A stretch of DNA of 64,000 nucleotides from the human T2T-CHM13v2.0 reference genome, Homo sapiens, in NCBI RefSeq assembly GCF_009914755.1, contig NC_060942.1. One strand, written 5' to 3'. A program made the translations under genes and the position numbers. Shown here in pieces: positions 32,306 to 45,238 of this stretch (position 1 is the stretch's first letter; every line of letters starts with the position of its first letter). The notes below the pieces were generated by a model. It worked only from the letters and a program-made list of their open reading frames with translations. It was not told where the DNA came from and made no database searches.

Positions 32306-32978
32306 ATGAATTTGCCTGTTTTGTTACGTGTGTCTCAAATTATGGGTGCAACATTCATCTACTCTACATCATATTATACATGATATTTAAGTATATATGA
32401 AACTTTGTCAACGACTATTCTACATTAGATGTTTCGTAGATAAGAATTTATTCACATAGAGAAATCACTTTTAGTAATAAAGTTTTAGATATAACTTTTT
32501 CACTCTTCTCCTGTGTTGGTAAAGCTATTGATAGAGGGTGATTTTACATATAATTTGCTTTATTTCTTTTTTGGTCAGTTATGTGCTAATTAATGCCATT
32601 TATGATATTAACTTAAGGATTTTTACATCTCTGTGTTAAGTTTTAATGCTGAGATCATTTAGTAATATTTCTGATCATTGTTGACTTGGAACTGAAACAA
32701 TTACAAAACATGGGAATAATCTTCTGAGTGTAGTCCCCTTTTAAATTACTACGAAGAAATTCTCCCTCTGTTTTTATTGGGAGATAAAAAATTATTTGTG
32801 TTTGGCAGTTTACTAAGAGAAGTTAATTATTAGTGACTGTCTGAAAGTACAAGTATAGGGAAATTTCTAAAGTTTTTTTTTCTGTAGCTTATTTCTAAAG
32901 TAATTATTTTTTAATTGAAAGTTGAACTTGGGTGTGCTGTTGTTTCCTTGAGTTGACTGTACTTCTTCTTTTTTTAAG

Positions 32979-33037
32979 GTAAAGTGCAAGTTAAGAGTTC
33001 AGACATACAAGTTGGAGACCTCATCATAGTGGAAAAG
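32979..33037 (+). CDS. ATP9B: ATP9B coding exon (59 nt, phase 1/0), actuator domain: (G)KVQVKSSDIQVGDLIIVEK
   Basis: Acceptor cttcttctttttttaag and donor AAG|gttgat. Contains the P-type ATPase VGD motif; phases fit both neighbours. Confidence 0.94.
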
Positions 33038-33376
33038 GTTGATGATTTTTTAATATATTTTAGACCTATGTATGCTAGTTATTAATGTTTAGCCTGATTA
33101 TAAGTAACTTCTGAATTTGAAAGAAATTGAGACATGTATTTTGAATCATAATATCCTTGTGTAAGATTTGTTGTATGTGAAGAAAAATCTAGATTTTTGT
33201 ATATTGTTTTGCTAAAGTATATTTCAGTGTGTGCAGGCAAAGTCATATTTTTTCTGAAATAAGATGGTTAACTGCTTAATGTTGCATTATCAAGATTATT
33301 TTATATCATCACAGAATTGTATTCAAACCTGTTCATAATACTGTGCTTCAGTTTTCAGAACTTCCTCCTACAGGGA

Positions 33377-34001
33377 TAATCATCCCTCAATATCCATGAG
33401 AGGGTAGTTCCAGGACCCCACCAAGGATACCAAAATCCACAGATGCTGAAATTTCTTATATAAAATTGAATAGTCTATGCATCAATAAATCCTCTGTATG
33501 CTTTAAATTAGTGGTCCCCAACCTTTTCAGCACCAGGAACCAGTTTTATGGAAGACAATTTTTCCATGGACCAAGGTTCAGTGGGCTTGGTTTTGGGATG
33601 AAACTGTTCCACCTCAGATCATCAGGCATTAGATTCTCATGAGGAGTGTGCAACCTAGGTCCCTTGCGTGTGCAGTTCACAATAGGGCTCTTGCTCCTGT
33701 GAGAATCTAATGCTGCTGCTGATCTGACAGGAGGCGGAGCTCAGGAGGTCATGCTCGCTTGCCCTCCCCTCCCCTCCTGCTGTGCAGCGCCATTCTTGAA
33801 AGGCCCGGGGTTAGGGACCTCTGCTTTAAATCATCTCTAGTTGATTTATAGTACTTAATACAATGCAAATGCTATCTAAATAGTTATACTGTCTTTTTTT
33901 ATTTTTGTTTTATTCTTATTTTTATTTTTTTTCTGAATATTTTCTCTCAATGCTTGGTTGAATCCCCATCTATGGAACCCGTGGATACAGAGGGCCAGCT
34001 G
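33377..34001. mobile_element. MER2 (TcMar-Tigger) DNA transposon, split by MER1B
   Basis: catccctcaatatccatg...ttccaggacccc start; gtggatacagagggccagctg(ta) end. Confidence 0.8.
33509..33823. mobile_element. MER1B (hAT-Charlie) DNA transposon
   Basis: tagtggtccccaacc...ggttagggacctctg TIRs; 8-bp TSD CTTTAAAT at 33501-33508 and 33824-33831. Confidence 0.88.
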
Positions 34002-34154
34002 TAGTTATATTACACATAATTATTGGATATAATTCATACAGTTAAAAAATTTAAGAGGGAAAAGTGAATAGAAGTAAAAGCATTACAAAAGAAGAAGTTT
34101 AGATCAGTGTACGAAGAAGCTATAAGAAAAACATCAAAGGTCCAACGTGGAGAT

Positions 34155-35842
34155 TGTCAGGGCTGCTGGCGGTGTGGAGAGTGACTGAAGGTGCAAGCTG
34201 CATGTCGGGGGAGCTGGCGGTGTGCAGAGTGACTGAAGGTGCAAGCTGCATGTCGGAGCTGGCGGTGTGGAGAGTGACTGAAGGTGCAAGCTGCATGTCG
34301 GGGGAGCCGGCGGTGTGCAGAGTGACTGAAGGTGCAGGCTGCATGTCGGAGCTGGCGGTGTGCAGAGTGACTGAAGGTGCAAGCTGCATGTCGGGGGAGC
34401 TGGCAGTGTGGAGAGTGACTGAAGGTGCAAGCTGCATGTCGGGGGAGCTGGCGGTGTGCAGAGTGACTGAAGGTCCAGGCTGCATGTCGGGGTTGCTGGC
34501 GGTGTGCAGAGTGACTGAAGGTGCAGGCTGCATGTCGGGGGAGCTGGCGGTGTGCAGAGTGACTGAAGGTGCAAGCTGCATGTCGGGGGAGCTGGCGGTG
34601 TGCAGAGTGACTGAAGGTGCAGGCTGCATGTCGGGGCTGCTGGCGGTGTGCAGAGTGACTGAAGGTGCAGGCTGCATGTCGGGGGAGCTGGCGGTGTGCA
34701 GAGTGACTGAAGGTGCAAGCTGCATGTCAGGGGAGCTGCCGGTGTGGAGAGTGACTGAAGGTGCAGGCTGCATGTCGGGGGAGCTGGCGGTGTGCAGAGT
34801 GACTGAAGGTGCAGGCTGCATGTCGGGGGAGCTGGCGGTGTGCAGAGTGACTGAAGGTGCAGGCTGCATGTCGGGGGAGCTGGCGGTGTGCAGAGTGACT
34901 GAAGGTGCAGGCTGCATGTCGGGGGAGCTGACGGTGTGCAGAGTGACTGAAGGTGCAGGCTGCATGTCGGGGGAGCTGGCGGTGTGGAGAGTGACTGAAG
35001 GTGCAGGCTGCATGTCGGGGGAGCTGGCGGTGTGCAGAGTGACTGAAGGTGCAGGCTGCATGTCGGGGGAGCTGGCGGTGTGGAGAGTGACTGAAGGTGC
35101 AGGCTGCATGTCGGGGGAGCTGGCGGTGTGCAGAGTGACTGAAGGTGCAAGCTGCATGTCAGGGGAGCTGCCGGTGTGGAGAGTGACTGAAGGTGCAAGC
35201 TGCATGTCGGGGGAGCTGGCGGTGTGCAGAGTGACTGAAGGTGCGGGCTGCATGTCGGGGGAGCTGGCAGTGTGCAGAGTGACTGAAGGTGCGGGCTGCA
35301 TGTCGGGGGAGCTGGCGGTGTGCAGAGTGACTGAAGGTGCGGGCTGCATGTCGGGGGAGCTGGCGGTGTGCAGAGTGACTGAAGGTGCGGGCTGCATGTC
35401 GGGGGAGCTGGCGGTGTGCAGAGTGACTGAAGGTGCGGGCTGCATGTCGGGGGAGCTGGCGGTGTGCACAGTGACTGAAGGTGCAAGCTGCATGTCGGGG
35501 GAGCTGGCGGTGTGCAGAGTGACTGAAGGTGCACGCTGCATGTCGGGGGAGCCGGCGGTGTGGAGAGTGACTGAAGGTGCAGGCTGCATGTCGGGGGAGC
35601 TGGCGGTGTGGAGAGTGACCGAAGGTGCAGGCTGCATGTCGGGGGAGCTGGCGGTGTGGAGAGTGACTGAAGGTGCAGGCTGCATGTCGGGGGAGCTGGC
35701 GGTGTGCACAGTGACTGAAGGTGCAAGCTGCATGTCGGGGGAGCTGGCGGTGTGCAGAGTGACTGAAGGTCCATGCTGCGTGTCGGGGGAGCTGGCGGTG
35801 TGCAGAGTGACTGAAGGTCCATGCTGCATATCGGGGGAGTGC
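34155..35842. repeat. GC-rich minisatellite/VNTR, 48-bp unit x ~35
   Basis: Unit GTGACTGAAGGTGCA(G/A)GCTGCATGTCGGGGGAGCTGGCGGTGTG(C/G)AGA. Two 45-bp variants near the 5' end; 16-aa periodicity in the ORF track. Confidence 0.97.
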
Positions 35843-38800
35843 ATTCGGAGTGTTCTCATCTGTCTCATCCCTGACCACGTGAGTACGCAGGACACCTGTG
35901 TCTGTGTTAAGGGAGTTCGTTCCTAAGTGCTCTCATCTGCCTACTTCCATGACTGTGTGAGTAAAAAGGGCTCAGGTCACACACAAGAAGGAAGAAATTG
36001 GAAACCCAGGAACACATATCAGAGGAAACCAACTGAAAACAAATAATAAAATGCAGACGTACGTTCTAATGGTCTAAATACGAGACAGAATGGATAAAAA
36101 ACAAAAAAACCAAGACGCATTTCTATGTTGTGTGCACGAAAGTCTCTTCAAATACAGTGACATAGATAGGATGAAAGTAAAAGGATAGAAAAATAGATAC
36201 AATGTAAAATTAAACAAAAGTAGTAGGAGCTATGTTAATGTCCAAGAAAGTGTACTTCAGAGTGAAGAAAATTAACACAGACAAAAAGAGATGTTATACA
36301 ACAATAATAGGATTAATCCATCAGGAAGATACAATGATCATAAATTGTTACTCACCAAACAACAGTTCCATAAAATTCGTGAATCAACAAGTGTCAGAGC
36401 TGAAAAAAGTAGGCAAGTCCAGTTACAAGTGGTTACTTCAGCACCACCCTTCAGGCATTGGATAAAAGTAGGGGATAGACGCTCCGCAGTGATGTGGAAG
36501 ATTTGCATAGGCAGCAGGAGTTGCCTAGCATGCATAGACCACCGTACCTGTCAGTAGGAGAGAACACATTTATTTCAAGTGTCTATAGAACATTCACCAA
36601 GATAAGCCATTTTCTGTACCATAAACCTCAACAAATTGAAAAGAATTGAAATCACACAGAGTGTGTTCTCTCACTGTAATAGAATTGTTAAAAATCAGTA
36701 ACCAAGGCAGCAGGAAAACTCTAAAACGTGGAAAGTGAACAGCACACTTTGAATTAATTTATAGGATAGGTAGTCTCAAGGAAACAATACATACAGCTGA
36801 ATAAAAGTGAAAATTCTGCATTCTGGAATAAGTGGGATGCGTGTAAGGGCACTGCTGGGAGGAATTCTGTAGCATGAAACTCCTGTGGGGAAACAAGCAG
36901 AGGTCTTGGGTCAGTAATCTAAACCCCTACTGCAAGAAATTAGGAGAAGACAGCAAAGTTAAACCAAGGCAAGCAGAAGGAAGGGAATAATAAAGATACA
37001 AGTAGAAGTCAGTAAAATGGAAAATAGGAAGACAAGATAGAAAATCAATCAATACAAAAGCTGGTTCTTCTAAATAAGTTAATAAAATTGATAGACCTTT
37101 AGCAAGGAAGACTGATCAAAATAAAAAGTGATGTCACAAATCACCAGTATTAGTAATGAAATAGGGGCTTTCACTATAGATCCTGCAGCCATTAAAAAGA
37201 CAGTTATGAAATACTACAAACACCTTGATGCTCATAAATAGAAGAAATGGACAAATTCTTCTGAAACCATAAAGTATAAGAACTCAGTCAAAATGAAATA
37301 GACAATATCAGTAGTCCTGTAGCCAATAAAGAAGCTGAATTAGTAATTTAAAGCTCTAGGAAGGAAATACCTAGGTCCAGGAGAATTCCTTAAAACCATT
37401 ACAGAAGACTTAGCATCAACTTTGCACAGTTATTTTCAGAAAATAATTGAGAATGGTACACTACCCAACTCATTTTATGAGGTCAAGAATATCTTTATCT
37501 CAGTACCAGAAAAAAGTACAATAAAAGAAAACTGCAGCCCAGTTGGTATCAGCAGTATATAAAGAAGAGTAATACATCACAACCCAGTACAGGTTATTCC
37601 AGGTGTGTAAATGTGGTTCAGCATTCTAAAATCAAGCAGTGTAATCTACGCTATCAACAGAATAAAGAAAAATCACACAATCAGTTGTTGCAGGAAGACC
37701 ATTTGACTTAACCCAACACTCATTCATGATAAAAACTCTGAGCAGGTTGGATTAGAGGGACAGTAACAATATCTTGTTTAAAAAGAATCTATAAAATACT
37801 TAATGGTGTAAGACTGAATGCCTCCTCTCTGAGACTGGCGACAAGGATGTTTGCTGTTACTGTTACTCAATGGCACTTCTAGTCTGTAAGGCAAGAAAAT
37901 AAAAGATGGATTAGAAAAGAAATAAAAATGTCTCAATTTGCAGATGACATAACTACGTATACATGTACATAAATACATATACATATATGTTGAAAACCCC
38001 AACGGATCTATAGAAAATCTCCTGGAACTAGTGAGTTCAACATCGTGTCAAGTTATAAGATTGATGCACAAATATGAACCTCATTTTTATATAATAATGA
38101 AAATGTGGGCACAGAAATTAAAAATGCAGTACTCTTACAGTCATTGCTATGAAAATGAAATCTATGCTGAAACTTACAATGTGTTGATAAAAGTAATCTA
38201 AGAAAACATAAGTAAATAGACCCATCTCTTTTCGATTGGAGCATTCTGCATTCCAGTTTTCCCAAAATTGTTTTGTACACTTAATACCATTCCTATCAAA
38301 GTCTCAGCAGGGTTTTTTTCTTCTTATTTTTAAAGACATAGATCATCTTACTCTAAAACTAATTCGGAAAGGCACAGGTGTAGAACAGCTAAACCAACTT
38401 TGACAAGGAAAATAAAGTGAGAGGAATCACCCTTGATGTGAAGGCATATTGCGTAGTTACATTAGTCAACATAGTGTGGAAGAAGGATAGAAACAAAGGT
38501 TAACAAAACATTATAGAGAAACCAGAATTAGACAAAGGTGTGAAAACAATTAAGTGGAGAAAAGGTAGCCTTCTCAAATGGCGCTGGGCATCCTGAGGTT
38601 TAAAAAAAAAGATCATGGACTTAATGTAAAATGTGAAACTGCAAAACTTTTAGAAAAAAAAAATATTTAGAATCTAGGAATAGGAAAATATTTCTTAGAC
38701 TTGATACCAAAAGGACAATGTGTAAAAGGAAAAATTGATAAATTGCATATCATTAAAATTAAAAATGTGTGCCTTGTGAAAACCATGTGAATACAATGAA

Positions 38801-38977
38801 AAGCTACAGATGGAGAAAATATTTGTAAACCATATATTCAACAAAGATTTCTGTCTAGAATATATAAAAACTCCTAAAACTTAACAGTAAAAAAAAAAAA
38901 AATTTGAAATTAGAAAATGAGCAAAAGATTTCAAGAGACATTTTGACAAAGATTTACAGATAGAAAATAAACACATG

Positions 38978-39295
<318 letters not shown>

Positions 39296-39884
39296 TCAAC
39301 ATCATTAGTCATCAGGAAATGCAAATTAAAACACAATGAAATATCAGTATGCATCTATCAGAACAGCTAAAATGAAAAAATGGTGACAATACCAAATATT
39401 GGAAACAATGTGAAGAAGCGGATCACTTGTATATTGCTTGTGGAAATACAAATAATACAGTTATCCTGGAAAATCGCTGGATAGTTTCTTAAAAAAAAAA
39501 ACTGTAACTATCATACTACCCAACAGTTGCACTCCTGGACGTTTATCACAGAGAAATGTTAAATTATGTTGATTCAAAAAAACCTGTGCAGGAATGTCTG
39601 TATCTACATTATTCACAGTAGCTCAATTCCAGAAAGTCCATATATCCCAGGTGGGTGACTGGTCAGAGAAGTAGCTGTGCGTTCACACCGTGGCATGTGG
39701 TGTTAGGAGAACACAGGGCTCCTTGCTCTTGTGGTGCCCCTAGTTTTGAGGGGAAGCAAAAAGAAACAAAAAGTGTCCATAATTATTTGAAATTATCTAG
39801 TTTGTTTATGAGTACTCCATAGAAAATAAGACAGAATAAGGACATAAAGAGTCTGAATATGACATTTTTAAAAATACTTTTAAA

Positions 39885-40108
39885 GGCCGGGCATGATGAT
39901 TCATACCTGTAATCCCAGCACTTTGGGAGGCCAAGGCGAGAGGATCACATAAAACTAGGAATTTGAGACGAGCCTGGACAACATAGACCAAAATTTAAAG
40001 AATTAGCCAGGCACAGTGGCATACATCTGCTGTCCTAGCTACTTGGGAGGCTTAGGGAGGAGGATTGCTTGGGCCCGGGAATTCAAGGCTGCAGTGAGCC
40101 ATGATCAT
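39885..40108 (+). mobile_element. AluJ element (partial)
   Basis: ggccgggcatgatg...ggattgcttgggcccgggaattcaaggctgcagtgagccatgatc. Confidence 0.8.
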
Positions 40109-40904
40109 TGTTGAAACGTATTAAAGAGACCAAAGTAAATGTAAGACAGTTCATGCCCATGGTTAGAAGTATGTTATTCAAAAGGCAGTGTTCCCTAAAT
40201 TGATCTGTAGATTCAGTGTTACCCCTCTCAAAATCCCAGTTGATGTCTTTGCAGAAATTGACAGGCTGATTCTGAAATTCATAGGGACATTGAAGTGACC
40301 CAGAATGGCCAAAACAATTTTGAAAAAGATGGACAAACTTTGAATACTCGCATTTCACTATTTCAAAACTTAATGCAGATTTACAGTAATCAGCATTTAC
40401 AGGAACTAGCATTACATTGAGAATCCAGAAATAAACTCAGAAATTTATGGTTAATTGATTTTTGGCAAGAGTGCCTAGAAAATTTACCGAGGTGGGAGTG
40501 TGTTTGGGCAGGTGCTTTTTTGGCCCCATGTTCTTTATGAGATACATCCATGTTGTTGTGTGGTTGTTACCCACCCATTTGGGTGTTATATAGTGTGGTT
40601 TTTATCTGTTTTCCTGTCGATGGGTTTTTAGGTTACATCTAAGTTTTGCCCATCATGAAGGATACTTTTGTGTCATATTTGACTATATTTCTTGGTGCAT
40701 ACATCCACACATTGCTGTTGCAGGTGTGCCTAGGAGTGGAGCTGCTGTGTTTTGGGTTATGCAGTTCCGCTATGGTAGACCCTGCACGTGGTTTTGCAAA
40801 GTGGTGTACCAAATTCTACTCCAATCAGCGTGCCTTGGCATGTTTGCCAGCATGTGCATTTTCAGCCTTTTAAAATTAGCATTTCTGATATGTATGTAGA
40901 AGTG

Positions 40905-41415
40905 TTTTTTTTTTTTTTTATGAAGTTCTGGGATACATGTGCAGAACGTGCAAGTTTGTTACATAGGTATACACATGCCATGGTGGTTTGCTGCACCCAT
41001 CAACCCGTCGTCTACATTAGGTATTTCTTCTGTTGCTATCCCTCCCCTAAACCCAGAGTGAGCAGGCAACCTACAGAATGGGAGAAAATTTTTGCAATCT
41101 GTCCATCTGACAGAGGGCCAATATCCAGAATCTACAAAGAACTTAAACAAATTTACAAGAAATAAAACAACCCCATCAAAAAGTGGGCAAAGGATATGAA
41201 CAGACGCTTCTCAAAAGAAGACATTTATGCAGCCAACAAACATGAAAAAAAGCTCATCATCATTGGTCATTAGAGAAAAGCAAATTAAAACCACAATGAG
41301 ACACCATCTCACGCCAGTTAGAATGGCAATCATTAAAAAGTCAGGAAACAACAGATGCTGGAGAGGATGTGGAGAAATAGGAACGCTTTTACACTGTTGG
41401 TGGGAGTGTAAATTA
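40905..41415 (-). mobile_element. Short L1PA insertion with 5' inversion-deletion (twin priming)
   Basis: Antisense poly(A)+3'UTR at 40905-41053 joined to a sense ORF2 piece at 41054-41415. TSD GTAGAAGTG(G)TTTT at 40896 and 41416. Confidence 0.85.
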
Positions 41416-42830
41416 GTAGAAGTGGTTTTAATGCATATTTCTATGAAGTCTAATAAGATTCAATACTTTTTCATATGATTTTGTGTGTGTCTGTCTTTTA
41501 TATGACAAGCCTGCTAAAATCTCTTGGCATTTCTCTTCTGAGTTATTCTTTCCTTTCTTATCAGTTTGTGGGCTTTTATGTACTCTGGTTTGGAGTCTTT
41601 TGTTAGTTATATATGCGTTGCAGATATCTTCTTTCCTGGCAGGCTGTGTTGAACAGAAATTCTTAAGTTTAATGAAATCTGCTATTAATCTTCATTTAAG
41701 GTTAGTTTTTTAAGACAATTTTTGTTGATGGTCTTTATTAAGCATCCTTACCTCTCAAAAAGTCATGAAAATATTCTTGTCATGTTTGATGAATGACGAC
41801 AATTCAGTGGGGAAAGAACTTTTTTTTTCTCTTTTAGGCATTTTATTGTTTTGGCTTTCACATTTAGAGCTGTAATTCTAGATAGATTTTTGTGTTTACA
41901 TTGAAGTCGAGGTCAGGTGTCGTCTCCCATCATCCCCTGACGGTACTGGGTTTTCTCAGCGCTATTGATTGAAAACACAATTATTTCCTCACTGATTGGC
42001 AGTTTCATCTTTCTCATAGTGTCCCTATATATGTGGACCTATTTTTGGACATCTAGCTTTGTATTGGTATAATCGTCTATCTTGGTGTAATCTCATCTTT
42101 TCTTAACTACTCTAGTTTAATCTAGTTTTATTAGGTTGTACAGTTAATCCTCACATTTAATTTCTCTCAACGATATTTTATAGTTTTTTATGTAGAGGTC
42201 TTGCACATCTTTTATTGGTTTCATGCTAATATTAGTTTTTTTCCCCTAGTGTTAGAAAGAAATAGCTCTATCCAATAACATAGCTTTCTTCAGCTTTAAC
42301 ATGTTACCTGTTGACTGACAATCCATTTACCATTTATTATCCATTTATTTACCATGGGTAGATAAGTCTTTACTTAGGTCTCAAAAATCATACATAATTC
42401 ATGACATTATGTGACGTATTCTTAATACAATTATATATTTTTTCTTTAGACTGATATAGCTTTCCCAGTTGATAGAACTATTAGTGATAATAATTAAATG
42501 TATGAATAGTGACTTGTTAGAGTTTTTATATGCCATAAAATGTCTTTGAGTTTTTCTGTGTCATGAAAGAATATCTCCTCAAATCTGTGGGGTTTTGCTT
42601 GTTGGCTTGTTCAGTCATAGATTTATTCTTTCACATCTATTAAGTGTTTTGTGTATGATGTGCTCTGTTTTGTGGGCATTGCAGGACCACAGTCCTCCTC
42701 ACTTTCCAGGGCCATTTAGTCTAATAGGGAGGACATAATTTTTTATAAGGCAATACCTGCTGTGTTACATGTACAGACTAACAGAGGCCACAGAAATGGC
42801 AATATTTAACGTTTTTTTCAGACATAAAGC

Positions 42831-43124
42831 TTTTTTTTTTTTTTTGAAACAGGGTCTCCCTCTGCTTGCCAGGCTGAAGTGCAGTGGCATGAACATGGCT
42901 CACTGCTGCCTTGACCCTCCTGGCTCAAGCCATCCTCAGCCCTCAGCCTCCCTAGTAGCTGAGACCACAGGCATGCCACCACACTGGCTGCTTTTTAAAC
43001 TTTTTGTAGAGGTGGAGCTTTGCCATGTTGCCTCGTCTGGTCTCAAACTCCTGTCCTCAAGTGATCCTCCCGTGTTGGCCTTCCAAAGTACTGGGATTAC
43101 AGGGGTGAGCCACCATGGCTGGCT
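42831..43124 (-). mobile_element. AluJ element
   Basis: cagggtctccctctg...ggctcaagccatcctc AluJ-type. Confidence 0.85.
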
Positions 43125-43134
43125 GACATGCAGC

Positions 43135-43428
43135 TTTTTTTTTTTTTTTTTTTGAGATGGAGTCTCGCTCTGTCACCCAGGCTGGAGTGCAGTGGCACAA
43201 TCTCCACTCACTACAAGCTCTGCCTCCCGGGTTCACGCCATTCTCCTGCCTCAGCCTGTAGCTGGGACTACAGGTGCCTGCCACCACGCCCAGCTAATTT
43301 TTTGCATTTTTTTTTTTTTAGTAGAGACAAGGTTTCACCATGTCAGCCAGAATGGTCTCGATCTCATGACCTCATGATCCGCCTGCCTCGGCCTCCCAAG
43401 GTGCTGGAATTACAGGCGTGAGCCACCG
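43135..43428 (-). mobile_element. AluY-like element, slightly 5'-truncated
   Basis: caagctctgcctcccgggttcacgccattc diagnostics. Confidence 0.88.
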
Positions 43429-43680
43429 GACATGAAGCATTTTTGAAGTCACTACTACATACCATTATATGGCTCACTTATGGGGAAAAAAATCTTAGCA
43501 TTTCAATTAAAATGTGAATTAAAATATCAATTTTTTATATACAAATTGTGTTAGTTATTTCAGCACAATTTTAATTATATTATCTTAGTTGTTTTCATAG
43601 GTATTTCTTATTTGGAATGGAATTGTGTTAATTTGTAAACCTGCATATAGATAATTAATCTTTTATAATGCTCTTTGCAG

Positions 43681-43732
43681 AATCAAAGAATTCCATCGGA
43701 CATGGTGTTTCTTAGGACTTCAGAAAAAGCAG
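43681..43732 (+). CDS. ATP9B: ATP9B coding exon (52 nt, phase 0/1), actuator domain: NQRIPSDMVFLRTSEKA(G)
   Basis: Acceptor ctctttgcag and donor CAG|gtattt. Contains the IP(A/S)D motif. The next exon (LDGET motif) was not found in the window. Confidence 0.94.
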
Positions 43733-44859
43733 GTATTTTTACATTTAAAAAAACTTACCTAACTGTATATTATTGCAAAAACAAATTTACAAATATCTAT
43801 ACAAGGAAAAACTGTTTTCCTTACATTTTTAGTATGCTGCAGCAATGAGGAATATTCTGTAGAAATGCTATTTTACTTTGAATGTAAACACATGAAACCT
43901 CTGAAAAGAGAGTCCACATTTTCATATGAAGCTACTTTACAAAGTAAAAACACATGCTGCAGTTACATTGCTGATGATTTAGTATTTTCATAGTTTAATT
44001 TTCACTTTAAAAGGTAAAAGTAAAAAGCATCCTATAAAAATTTTCTTTGAATGACAGTATATTGAATTCATTAACATCTAAATTATATTTAATTGTCAAT
44101 ATTTAAAAGGGTGTTTGCTGTGAAATATATTTGTTTAAAAATAATCCTTTCAGGACCTAGGTATCCAATGAGTGTTTTCATTCAGATTCATACTGACATC
44201 TAATTAAATGATGATGTTACTTAAAATTTGATGGCTATTTTGCATTTGCAGTTTTATTCAGCGATTCAGCAAATACTTATTTACCACTTATTATTAATAT
44301 GTACCAGGCACTAATTGTTGCTTAAGATACAAAAGGGAGCAACTTTCAAAGAGTTTATAGTCTTGGTGGAAGTGCATACATTGACAGCAATAATCCTAAC
44401 TGTATAGGTACTGTACTCAGAAATGTTTGGGGCTATGTGGGAACAGATAATTTTGCCTATTGAGTTGATGCAGACTTTGCAGAAAAAATGCTGTTTATAT
44501 GACCTGAGCTTTCAAAAATACTAAGATGGAAAAGAGGTAATTGGATAGAAGCCTAGTGTCGCCAAATAGAAAATCTGTTGGAAATTGGGAAACCTGAGTT
44601 TAAATCACTTTGGCCCATTTCTAGTTATGTGACCTTGCCAAGTGGGCACACGTTTTCATCATCTCTGAAACGAGAGAGGTATATCAAGTAATATGCAGAG
44701 TTTCTTTCTGCCCTACATTCCTGACGTTATTTATAAATGAACAGTAGTTTTTATAGGAAGCTAAGCATGTTATTATTTTTATTAAAAACTCATCATATAT
44801 CTTATTTCTAATGTGAAAACTGTAGAAAGGACTGTTAGATTTCAGAGTTGTTGATTTAA

Positions 44860-45238
<379 letters not shown>

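Noticed and set aside
34195-35740. p53 response-element array (CATG cores)
   Set aside because: CTGCATGTCG fits RRRCWWGYYY poorly, and half-sites are 48 bp apart rather than adjacent.
34155-35842. CRISPR-like array
   Set aside because: Contiguous tandem units with no unique spacers, in human intronic DNA; no cas genes.
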